Shown here piece by piece: positions 10,547-21,000 of a DNA stretch of 64,000 nt. The DNA is taken from assembly GCA_950097015.1 (NCBI GenBank), contig CATNEN010000012.1:1116001-1180000 (forward strand). Reading direction: 5' to 3'. Each line of letters opens with the position of its first letter. Position 1 is the first letter of the stretch. Under the pieces are notes generated by a model that saw only the letters and a program-made list of their open reading frames with translations, did not search any database and was not told the DNA's origin. Source of the stretch: Macrostomum hystrix. Lineage: Eukaryota > Animalia > Platyhelminthes. A program made the translations under genes and the position numbers.

Positions 10547-11725
10547 TTACAGTAAAAGAGGGGCTGTGTGATTTAATGAGAATTTTTTAGTGTTAAGTTG
10601 TTTAAGTGTCTTATTGTAGTATTTTTGAACGAATAAATCAGTTTTCGCCCTGCTGAAGTTTCCCAACCGACAATTCTTGGCCAGATGACCTGGCTGGTTG
10701 CACGCGTAGCTACGCCTTGGACCAACAGTCATCGCTGCTGTGCTCGGTGGCGGTTGCTGCATCCTTCCGACGCGACTAGGACACTCACGCGCTAGGTGGC
10801 CGACATCTCCGCACTGAAAGCAAGCACCATGCTGCCTCTGCTGTTGCTCTGCTAGACGACTAGGGGTCGCGGCGTACGCGCAGGCCCCCCTGTCTCCTAG
10901 CAACCCGGGCCCCGGGCCGCGCGGACGCGCAGACCCAGCAGGCGACGGTGCAGCAGACTGTCGAGGAGGCGGCGTCTGGCTCAGCCGCTTCAGTTGGTCT
11001 TCCAGCTCACGGATCCGCTGCTGAAGCGCTCCAAAACCTTCTGAACTGGCGGCTCTGGTGTCCACGGCAGCCACACCTGATGTCGTCTTCCTGGAGGTCT
11101 GGTCCGAGCCTGACGTCTTGGCGGCTAGAGTAGCTGCCTCCTTTCGTCGAACGCAACGCACAGCCTCAGCGAGAGTAGCAGGCTGTTGAAGGATCACGTA
11201 CTCCTTGACGCTCTCAGTAGCCTTAATGCCCTTCTTGAATCTGTCCCTTGCAAAACTGTTGACAATCTCAGCGGGCAGCTCGTCTTCAGGGTAGGCATTC
11301 CTCGCCAGCTCCAGCAGTGCATCGGCGTATGCCTCGTAGGTCTCGCCCTCCTTCTGCACTCGTGACTCCAGCTCCATCCGGTAATCTTCAGTCGTGCGGT
11401 GCTGCTGAAACCTTTCCAACAGAGCGTCCGTAAACTCCTGATATTCCAGATCCTCATCCAGCTGTAGATTCTCCACCGCTGCAAATGCTGTATTCAAATC
11501 CAAGAAGCTAAGCAGGTGCGGCCTTCGAGCGGCCTCCGCAATCTGCGCAGCATCACAATAAGCGTTGAACTTCTGCAACCACAGGCGAAAGTTGTCTCCA
11601 CTAGAATACTTCGGCGGCTTCGCTGGCCTCTGGACATTCTGCGCTGCATTTATCTCCTGCTGCAAGGTCCGACGCACCGACGCAGTCATCAGCTCCACGA
11701 GGCGATTCACTCCTTCGTCTCCCAT
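10547..11725 (-). CDS. gag: Ty3/Gypsy Gag, followed by a truncation where pol should start
   Basis: PPKYSSGDNFRLWLQKF...L.ERF...Y..EL..R.QK.GET...YA..L..LA..AYP capsid pattern. Zinc knuckle CFQCGDVGHLAREC and a degenerate second knuckle SYACNQPGHLAKNC. Slippery GGGAAAC at 10664-10658; after about 10645 the sequence becomes AT-rich and non-retroviral. Confidence 0.9.
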   Translation of the reverse strand: MGDEGVNRLVELMTASVRRTLQQEINAAQNVQRPAKPPKYSSGDNFRLWLQKFNAYCDAAQIAEAARRPHLLSFLDLNTAFAAVENLQLDEDLEYQEFTDALLERFQQHRTTEDYRMELESRVQKEGETYEAYADALLELARNAYPEDELPAEIVNSFARDRFKKGIKATESVKEYVILQQPATLAEAVRCVRRKEAATLAAKTSGSDQTSRKTTSGVAAVDTRAASSEGFGALQQRIRELEDQLKRLSQTPPPRQSAAPSPAGSARPRGPGPGLLGDRGACAYAATPSRLAEQQQRQHGACFQCGDVGHLARECPSRVGRMQQPPPSTAAMTVGPRRSYACNQPGHLAKNCRLGNFSRAKTDLFVQKYYNKTLKQLNTKKFSLNHTAPLLL

Positions 11726-11869
11726 GACGACAACAAAATCCTCGAATCACAAGATAAAAATATCACGGCAACAACAAAGCACTGGCAAAAGTCCTAGAAA
11801 ACACCCCTCCTGAACAGAATCCCTAAGCTAATTAACACATGGGGTCGAGGATCCTAACAGGCACGAACT

Positions 11870-11887
11870 ATCCTGGTCACGACACCA
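11870..11887 (-). promoter_or_regulatory. Primer-binding site, probably tRNA-His
   Basis: TGGTGTCGTGACCAGGAT lies 1 nt after the LTR end. It is complementary to a tRNA 3' end resembling tRNA-His as I recall it (...ATCCTGGTCACGGCACCA) with one G:U pair. Confidence 0.75.
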
Positions 11888-11888
11888 A

Positions 11889-12606
11889 TGTTGTGTCCCG
11901 AGACGGGCCAGCCGGCTTCGCCTCTCGCTCAGGACGAGCAGGGAGGTTCAGCACTTCCGTCCTACTATGTGTCGGCCTACTGTCGCACTAGACGCACAGG
12001 CAGTAAGCCGGCAACCAAGGTCGCAACGAATGCACAGGCCCTGGCGACAAAGTCCTAGTGACTGAACCCGAAAAGACAGAGGCAGACGACACTTACGTAG
12101 GCTTGCAGTGCGGGTTTGCGCTCGGGAGAGCTGGCTGAGTTGATGTATTTTGTCTGGTAGGCGGTGGTTGGGGTGCTCAACAAAACAAAACAGTCACGTC
12201 CGAGGGGGACGAGCGCGCGCACGCCAATAAATAAGACCTGCTCACCCAGGGTGAGCAGGGTAATACCCGATCACGGCTAAGCTGCAGGGTAGAGAGAGAA
12301 AGTAAGAGAAAGTAAGAGAGAGAACCAGTCGCAGCCTCGCCAATCACGCAGGGTCAATAAGACAACTGGGCGAGCCGCGAACCAATGAGAGGGCAGGAAC
12401 GGAAGATGACAATAACCGGGGGTACGCAACGTCTTAGCTCAACCAATCAGACGCCAGGGGTGAGAGAAATTGATAGGCAGGCAGGCGCAGAGCAAGAAAG
12501 GGGCAGGGGGGCGACTCAAAGTGCAACGCGACTGTGAAAGTGCACCGAAAAATACAGTACATAGAAACTATTAAATACAGTACATAGAAACTATTAAATC
12601 ACAACA
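11889..12606 (-). mobile_element. 5' LTR (718 bp) of the Gypsy fragment
   Basis: On the minus strand it starts TGTTGTG (12606) and ends CACAACA (11889), a perfect 7-bp terminal inverted repeat, and is followed directly by the PBS and gag. It contains CCAAT boxes and a 23-bp tandem duplication at 12551-12597. Confidence 0.88.
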
Positions 12607-13960
12607 TATTGAATAACCCGCAGACGCTTTTCATGAATCAGTCTGAAATTTTACACATCCAATCAAATCGATTGCATCAGAGGTTTTGTAAATTTTCATT
12701 GCGATTGATGCAGTAGAAGTGTCTGCCTGCGAATGTCAAGCTGGCTCCCAAAAATACACTACGGAGATACGAAACACACTTTAACATTGAATAACCCGCA
12801 GACGCTTTCATGAATCAGCCTGAAATTTTACACATCCAATCAACTCGATTGCATCAGAGGTTTTGTAAATTTTCATTGCGATTGAGGCAGTAGAAGTGTC
12901 TGCCTGCGAATGTCAAGCTGGCTCCCAAAAATACACTACGGAGATACGAAACACACTTTAACATTGAATAACCCGCAGACGCTTTCATGAATCAGCCTGA
13001 AATTTTACACATCCAATCAACTCGATTGCATCAGAGGTTTTGTAAATTTTCATTGCGATTGATGCAGTAGAAGTGTCTGCCTGCGAATGTCAAGCTGGCT
13101 CCCAAAAATACACTACGGAGATACGAACACACTTTAACATTGAATAACCCGCAGACGCTTTCATGAATCAGCCTGAAATTTTACACATCCAATCAACTCG
13201 ATTGCATCAGAGGTTTTGTAAATTTTCATTGCGATTGAGGCAGTAGAAGTGTCTGCCTGCGAATGTCAAGCTGGCTCCCAAAAATACACTACGGAGATAC
13301 GAAACACACTTTAACATTGAATAACCCGCAGACGCTTTCATGAATCAGTCTGAAATTTTACACATCCAATCAACTCGATTGCATCAGAGGTTTTGTAAAT
13401 TTTCATTGCGATTGATGCAGTAGAAGTGTCTGCTTGCGAATGTCAAGCTGGCTCCCAAAAATACACTACGGAGATACGAACACACTTTAACATTGAATAA
13501 CCCGCAGACGCTTTCATGAATCAGCCTGAAATTTTACACATCCAATCAACTCGATTGCATCAGAGGTTTTGTAAATTTTCATTGCGATTGATGCAGTAGA
13601 AGTGTCTGCCTGCGAATGTCAAGCTGGCTCCCAAAAATACACTACGGAGATACGAAACACACTTTAACATTGAATAACCCGCAGACGCTTTCATGAATCA
13701 GCCTGAAATTTTACACATCCAATCAACTCGATTGCATCAGAGGTTTTGTAAATTTTCATTGCGATTGAGGCAGTAGAAGTGTCTGCCTGCGAATGTCAAG
13801 CTGGCTCCCAAAAATACACTACGGAGATACGAAACACACTTTAACATTGAATAACCCGCAGACGCTTTCATGAATCAGCCTGAAATTTTACACATCCAAT
13901 CAACTCGATTGCATCAGAGGTTTTGTAAATTTTCATTGCGATTGATGCAGTAGAAGTTAC
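12607..13960 (-). repeat. About 7.5 tandem 177-bp units (right arm of the Foldback element)
   Basis: Reverse complement of the left-arm units; the LTR abuts the innermost unit. Confidence 0.95.
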
Positions 13961-14187
13961 TTTTTGAAAGTACAAGAATATACACTGCGGAGATAGGAAC
14001 AAATTTCAAAGCTGTGTAATTCTTTTATGCATTGACAAAAATAAATTATATTTATTTTGGAACGTTATCTTAGTTGCATCAGAAGATCTTGTAAGTTTCG
14101 CTGTAATTGAATGGTTATTTTTTAAGTTACAATACTCTTGTTTGAATGTGAATGTGAATGTGAATGTCAATCGGGAAATTAATACGT

Positions 14188-14610
14188 AAAAAGACGGGGC
14201 ACTTTGTTTCTGGGAAAATTTATTAAAGGCAGATTTTTCACGGAAAAATTCACTAGCGAGATAGGAGGTTTTAACATTTATATGTCGATAACTTTTGGTT
14301 AGAAGCAGATCAAATTTTGTTCTTTTAATATTTTATGTCTGTTTGGTTGTTATTATGCTTTATCATAAATTAACAAAAATAAAATGAGGATCAATTATTC
14401 ATGAATGAAGCTTTCTGAAATTCATTGAAGCAATATTTTTTGCAATATATTTAAAGGAGAGAACTCGATCTTATTCCAATAAAAAGTTAATTCCATTTTA
14501 ATGAGAAAAAAAAGTTAAATGCTCCTATCTCGCTAGTGTATTTTTCCGTGAAAAATCTGCCTTCAATAATTTTTTAAAGAAACGAAGTGTCCCGTCCTTC
14601 TTTTTCTGTG
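14188..14610. mobile_element. MITE with imperfect TIRs of about 85-100 bp; its left tip (about 9004-9022) was separated by the Foldback insertion
   Basis: AAGACGGGGCACTTTGTTTC...AAGGCAGATTTTTCACGGAAAAATTCACTAGCGAGATAGGA (14191-14277) pairs with TCCTATCTCGCTAGTG...GAAGTGTCCCGTCCTTCTTTTTCTGTG (14523-14610). CACTAGAAGAAAAAAGACG at 9004-9022 resembles the reverse complement of the right end. Confidence 0.75.
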
Positions 14611-15126
14611 TTCCATGGTGTAGAGACGATGGCGCGTGTAACATAAAATAACAAATTCGGGATACGCCCTTGCTGATTAGACTAGGCAGTCAAAAAGAGC
14701 TAGGACATTTAGGTCGCAGGGTGGAGCTCGAGCATCTAATCTCATTGGATCGGACTTGTGACACAGACATTTGGCAACGCCTTCTTTGCACTGAGTTGTA
14801 TAAGCTTGATCCGTTCTCTTTTGATCCCTTATCTCATTTTTTCCGATTCATTCTTCGGAGCTTATGGGAATGGATTCACCCCCCAGTTTTATTTTTATAG
14901 GCTGCAACAAGTGCTCCGATCAGTCGATAGCTTTACGAGTACTACACGTTTTTGCACGGCCAAGCATATTATATCCCATTCCCGTCAGAGAACGCGCTGA
15001 GCTGTGCTAAAAATACTTTAATTCGAAGCTTATCATAAATATATTAAAGCTACTCAGCTCAGGATTTTGCTGTTAGCTTGTCTGTGCAGCTAAATAAGGA
15101 TATTAGCCCAAGCTACACAGCACATC

Positions 15127-17935
15127 ATGCTCAAGCGAATCACTTGCAGTAGTCGTATAACGCTTGATGCATTTTTGCTAGCTGTGTTGCTAGCCATTTT
15201 GCAGCTGACTGCTGCCGACACCACCACCACCACCACAAGCAGTTATGTGATTGCAGAGTATGTGAGTGTGCAATTCTACCTGCTTCAGCTGAATTTGGTA
15301 AGTCTACGAGTAAAATGCTCGTATAGTTTGATATCTATTTAAAGACGAATAGGTTAAAGTAACTAGATTTTCAAAAGCTTTGTCATCGGCATGAGCTGAA
15401 GAAATCACAATCAGACATATGGGGGTACAACGGAGCAAGGGGATAGGACACGGGGTGCAAAAGAGTAGGACACGGGTGCATGGGGATAGGACACTGGGCC
15501 AAGGAGATAGGACACTGGGCCAAGGGAAGAGGACACGGGGCAAGGGGATGGTACACGGCTTAAAGGGATGGGACACGGCTGCAATGAGAGGACACAGCTG
15601 CAATGAGAGGACACGGGTGCAAAGGGATGGGACACGGCTGCAATGAGAGGACATGGGTGCAAGGGGAGAGGACACGGGGATGGGCCACATAGTAGCTGCA
15701 TCTGTGAAACAGGCTGTCCATCAGTACAAGCTTAGCCGTCATTTCAATCTCTATTCTGATTTCAGTGGACCGAGCAGGGCTTGGAGGCGAAATTCAAAGC
15801 TGCAGTGGCGAATGCTCTGACTGGCTTCTGCATCGGCAACTTCTCCGCTTGCGGCTTCAATACAAGCGACATTGCGTGAGTGAACAGTGGAGTTCATTGT
15901 TGCCAAACGAATTTTTACTTTCTAATCAGTCTAAGAGTTTTAGATTAGAGCCTTATAGTGCGGTTGCGAAGGAAACATGCAGTAACAGCTGTACAGTTTT
16001 AAACACAGCAACAACCGCACGCACTGCAATAGACCCAAATTCGGAAATATAGCTGCACAAAATCTAAAAGTTGTACCTAAGGGGTTTAGAGTACATGTGG
16101 TTAGAGCGTCGGACTCTCGACTCGAAGGTCCGGGGTTCGATTCCGGATTCCATTGAAACAATTCGCGTCCTGGAGCATGACACTTAACTCTGCATTGCTT
16201 CAGTTCAACCAGCTGTTAAATGGGTACCGAGTGTAGGTTGGGCCCCCCCGTACATAGACTGAACAGCCAGCCTGCAACCGAGCAATAGCTGCGGCTGTGC
16301 TTTCGGCAGTGCATCTAGTCAAATTGGGGCAGGTGTAACCATGAATGTAATCAAACCCAATTCCAGCAACTTCACCGGGTCCAGCATCCGCATCAGTCCG
16401 GGCTATCCGACAGACGTGGACTCTCACTACCTCCGCCTGCGTCTCAGCATTGCTTATAGTTTGCCTAGCAGCAGAGACGCCGAAAGTTACTTTAACCTGC
16501 CGGCAGCCCAGACTACTAGTGAGTTATGTCATACTCTTGGTTAATTGTTATATTCAGAACAGTTACAGTTCACAAAGTTGGTTGCACGATGTACTTCAGT
16601 ATCCAGATCGCATCGATTCGAAAGGTCGAAACGTGCATTCAAAGTTATGTAAGGCAGGTGGAGGATGAGTGGCGCGTTTGCCTCTTGTCGCACCAAGGTC
16701 CCTGATGTCGATTTCTCGGCGAGGCCACATTCATTTTGGGCGCGGAGAGAAGGCATGGTGGTTTGTCGTGCAATTTGCGCCCTTGAAGGCCAATCTCATC
16801 TTAGCCTGACGATGAGAAAGTCAGGGCAGATAAACACAGCTGTCTAAGTGTGTGCTTGCGTACAGTATCTGTGTGCGCGTGGAGTCAGTAGAATGGGCAG
16901 AATTGCCTCCTCGCTGGCTGTGGGTCTACTGTCAGCAAATGATGAGCCATTGCTGGCAGCCCAAAAACAAACAAGCGAATATCAAAGCGATTCGGCTGCC
17001 TCTAAATGACTAAACGAGTTAAATTTCTGCCCGCAGAAATCCTGGAGAGCTGCAGAATGAGTTTGTACGACGCGATTGGCTACTACATTGTGTACATCGA
17101 TGCTCAATTCTACAGCATCCCGCCGCCAAATTTCATCAATTTGATCATCGTTTCGGCCTTTAGTGGTTTCACCTTGCTGCTAATCATTACCGCGCTGACT
17201 CTGCGAAGCTGTTTGTAAGTAGTGTTTATGTTCATATGATGCTACCTCTATAGTGAATACTTATATAGTAGTATGTAAGTAGTGTTTATGTTCATATGAT
17301 GCTACCTCTATAGTGAATACTTATATAGTAGTATGTAAGTAGTGTTTATGTTCATATGATGCTACCTCTATAGTGAATACTTATATAGTAGTATGTAAGT
17401 AGTGTTTATGTTCATATGATGCTACCTCTATAGTGAATACTTATATAGTAGTATGTAAGTAGTGTTTATGTTCATATGATGCTACCTCTATAGTGAATAC
17501 TTATATAGTAGTATGTAAGTAGTGTTTATGTTCATATGATGCTACCTCTATAGTGAATACTTATATAGTAGTATGTAATAAATGCGGCTAAAATTTTGTA
17601 GGGAAAATAAATTCACTTTTGCCGCATTTTTCAGTCCCGATGATTCTAAGAAGCTACTGAAGAAAAGGTGACAACTCAAACTAGAATCTACGAAGTGCAA
17701 ATGAACCTATGGGTATACATTTCAATAACTTTATTCACCTTATTGCGAAAAATGCGTCGATAAAAATTTCAGTAATAAAACAGCGAAGTCGCAGGACAAA
17801 GCCACTTCAATCGCTGGATTGACGATCGAAGCTGTCACGGCCGCGGCTGCAGCTGCCGCCATTGCAGCCGGCGCTGCTACCACCGTCGACAAAGACTCAA
17901 TTGTCGCCGACGGGGCGATGCTAAATCCAGGGTGA
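15127..17935 (+). CDS. Type I single-pass membrane protein with a SEA-like ectodomain (256 aa); exons 15127-15261, 15766-15875, 16367-16518, 17037-17214, 17635-17667 and 17773-17935; possible alternative last exon 22580-22784
   Basis: Signal peptide (FLLAVLLAILQLTAA), a Thr-rich stretch, then WTEQGLEAKFKAAVANAL...GYPTDVDSHYLRLRLSIAY...ILESCRMSLYDAIGYYIV and a TM helix LIIVSAFSGFTLLLIITALTL. All GT-AG junctions are phase-compatible and sum to 771 nt. The SEA-like assignment is by pattern only. Confidence 0.72.
15430..15690. repeat. Degenerate repeats of about 20 bp (GGGATAGGACACGG / GAGGACACGGCTGCAAT) in intron 1
   Basis: Recurrent GGACACGG motif. Confidence 0.7.
16095..16250 (+). mobile_element. 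tRNA-derived SINE family B with a CORE-like domain
   Basis: tRNA-like head with B-box GGTTCGATTCC at 16134-16144, then GTCCTGGAGCATGACACTTAACTCTGCATTGCTTCAGTTCAACCAGCTGTTAAATGGG, which resembles the MIR/CORE consensus as I recall it (GACCTTGGGCAAGTCACTTAACCTCTCTGAGCCTCAGTTTCCTCATCTGTAAAATGGG). Confidence 0.72.
16665..16870 (+). mobile_element. SINE family A, copy 2
   Basis: Its reverse complement aligns to 4811-4952 and 23790-23910 (GCACGACAAA, GTGGCCTCGCCG, CAGGGACCTTGGTGCG, GAGAAAGTCAGGGCAGAT). Confidence 0.7.
17215..17577 (+). repeat. Six perfect 60-bp units, each starting with the splice donor GTAAGT
   Basis: Unit GTAAGTAGTGTTTATGTTCATATGATGCTACCTCTATAGTGAATACTTATATAGTAGTAT; the first unit begins at the first base of intron 4. 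Confidence 0.97.
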
Positions 17936-18068
17936 AAATTTTATCATGTCAATTCTGTCTCGAATGCGCTTGATAATATGCAGTAGGAAATTAGTTTAGA
18001 TGTATAGATAAACAGCTGTATAGAAAAATAACGGCTCTAATGTACATAATATAGAATACGAGCGCTCG

Positions 18069-21000
18069 AGTGTATGTACATTGCTAGAAAAGAAGTGTGC
18101 GAGCAGGGGACAAGTATAGAAACGAGTGTATGTACATTGCTAGAAGAGGATTGTGCGAGTGGGGTAGAAAATAAAGGAACGAGTGTATGTACATTTCTAG
18201 AAGAGGATTGTGCGAGTGGGGTAGAAAATAAAGGAACGAGTGTATGTACATTGCTAGAAGAGGATTGTGGGAGTGGGGTAGAAAATAAAGGAACGAGTGT
18301 ATGTACATTTCTAGAAGAGGATTGTGCGAGTGGGGTAGAAAATAAAGAAACGAGTGTGTGTACATTGCTAGAAGAGGATTGTGCGAGTGGGGTAGAAAAT
18401 AAAGAAACGAGTGTATGTACATTGCTAGAAGAGGATTGTGCGAGTGGGGTAGAAAAAAAAGAAACGAGTGTGTGTACATTTCTAGAAGAGGATTGTGCAA
18501 GTGGGGTAGAAAATAAAGAAACGAGTGTGTGTACATTGCTAGAAGAGGATTGTGCGAGTGGGGTAGAAAATAAAGAAACGAGTGTGTGTACATTTCTAGA
18601 AGAGGATTGTGCGAGTGGGGTAGAAAATAAAGGAACGAGTGTATGTACATTTCTAGAAGAGGATTGTGCGAGTGGGGTAGAAAATAAAGAAACGAGTGTG
18701 TGTACATTGCTAGAAGAGGATTGTGCGAGTGGGGTAGAAAATAAAGAAACGAGTGTGTGTACATTGCTAGAAGAGGATTGTGCGAGTGGGGTAGAAAATA
18801 AAGAAACGAGTGTGTGTACATTGCTAGAAGAGGATTGTGCGAGTGGGGTAGAAAATAAAGAAACGAGTGTGTGTACATTTCTAGAAGAGGATTGTGCGAG
18901 TGGGGTAGAAAATAAAGAAACGAGTGTGTGTACACTTCTAGAAGAGGATTGTGCGAGTGGGGTAGAAAATAAAGAAACGAGTGTGTGTACACTTCTAGAA
19001 GAAGATTGTGCGAGTGGGGTAGAAAAGAAACAAACGAGTGTGTGTACATTTTTAGAAGAGGATTGTGCGAGTGGGGTAGAAAATAAAGGAACGAGTGTAT
19101 GTACATTGCTAGAAGAGGATTGTGCGAGTGGGGTAGAAAATAAAGGAACGAGTGTATGTACATTGCTAGAAGAGGATTGTGCGAGTGGGGTAGAAAAGAA
19201 AGAAACGAGTGTATGTACATCGCTAGAAGAGGATTGTGCGAGTGGGGTAGAAAATAAAGAAACGAGTGTGTGTACATTGCTAGAAGAGGATTGTGCGAGT
19301 GGGGTAGAAAATAAAGAAACGAGTGTGTGTACATTGCTAGAAGAGGATTGTGCGAGTGGGGTAGAAAATAAAGAAACGAGTGTGTGTACATTTCTAGAAG
19401 AGGATTGTGCGAGTGGGGTAGAAAATAAAGAAACGAGTGTGTGTACACTTCTAGAAGAGGATTGTGCGAGTGGGGTAGAAAATAAAGAAACGAGTGTGTG
19501 TACACTTCTAGAAGAAGATTGTGCGAGTGGGGTAGAAAAGAAACAAACGAGTGTGTGTACATTTTTAGAAGAGGATTGTGCGAGTGGGGTAGAAAAGAAA
19601 GAAACGAGTGTATGTACATTGCTAGAAGAGGATTGTGCGAGTGGGGTAGAAAATAAAGGAACGAGTGTATGTACATTGCTAGAAGAGGATTGTGCGAGTG
19701 GGGTAGAAAAGAAAGAAACGAGTGTATGTACATTGCTAGAAGAGGATTGTGCGAGTGGGGTAGAAAATAAAGGAACGAGTGTATGTACATTGCTAGAAGA
19801 GGATTGTGCGAGTGGGGTAGAAGAGAAAGAAACGAGTGTGTGTACATTGCTAGAAGAGGATTGTGCGAGTGGGGTAGAAAAGTAAGCAACGAGTGTATGT
19901 ACATTGCTAGAAGAGGATTGTGCGAGTGGGGTAGAAAAGAAAGAAACGAGTGTGTACATAGCTAGAAGAGGATTGTGCGAGTGGGGTAGAAAAGAAAGAA
20001 ACGAGTGTATGTACATTGCTAGAAGAGGATTGTGCGAGTGGGGTAGAAAATAAAGGAACGAGTGTATGTACATTGCTAGAAGAGGATTGTGCGAGTGGGG
20101 TAGAAAAGAAAGAAACGAGTGTATGTACATTTCTAGAAGAGGATTGTGCGAGTGGGGTAGAAAATAAAGGAACGAGTGTATGTACATTGCTAGAAGAGGA
20201 TTGTGCGAGTGGGGTAGAAGAGAAAGAAACGAGTGTGTGTACATTGCTAGAAGAGGATTGTGCGAGTGGGGTAGAAAAGTAAGCAACGAGTGTATGTACA
20301 TTGCTAGAAGAGGATTGTGCGAGTGGGGTAGAAAAGAAAGAAACGAGTGTGTACATAGCTAGAAGAGGATTGTGCGAGTGGGGTAGAAAAGAAAGAAACG
20401 AGTGTATGTACATTGCTAGAAGAGGATTGTGCGAGTGGGGTAGAAAAGAAAGAAACGAGTGTATGTACATTGCTAGAAGAGGATTGTGCGAGTGGGGTAG
20501 AAAAGAAAGAAACGAGTGTGTGTACATTGCTAGAAGAGGATTGTGCGAGTGGGGTAGAAAAGAAAGAAACGAGTGTATGTACATTGCTAGAAGAGGATTG
20601 TGCGAGTGGGGTAGAAAATAAAGAAACGAGTGTGTGTACATTTCTAGAAGAGGATTGTGCGAGTGGGGTAGAAAATAAAGAAACGAGTGTGTGTACACTT
20701 CTAGAAGAGGATTGTGCGAGTGGGGTAGAAAATAAAGAAACGAGTGTGTGTACACTTCTAGAAGAAGATTGTGCGAGTGGGGTAGAAAAGAAACAAACGA
20801 GTGTGTGTACATTTTTAGAAGAGGATTGTGCGAGTGGGGTAGAAAAGAAAGAAACGAGTGTATGTACATTGCTAGAAGAGGATTGTGCGAGTGGGGTAGA
20901 AAATAAAGGAACGAGTGTATGTACATTGCTAGAAGAGGATTGTGCGAGTGGGGTAGAAAAGAAAGAAACGAGTGTATGTACATTGCTAGAAGAGGATTGT

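Larger units (their letters stand above)
9023..14187. mobile_element. Foldback/MULE-like non-autonomous DNA element with about 1.4-1.6-kb modular inverted arms and a 9-bp TSD
   Basis: The left arm starts ACGTATTAATTTCCCGATTGACATTCAC (9023) and the right arm ends in its exact reverse complement (14187). AAAAAGACG flanks both sides (9014-9022 and 14188-14196). Each arm is about 230 bp of outer domain plus tandem units of about 177 bp. Confidence 0.9.

Noticed and set aside
10554-10580. AAAAGAGGGG followed by TGTGTGATTTAAT as a PPT and start of a second LTR
   Set aside because: Similarity to the real LTR start is only about 13 nt, the orientation is opposite, and there is no further homology.
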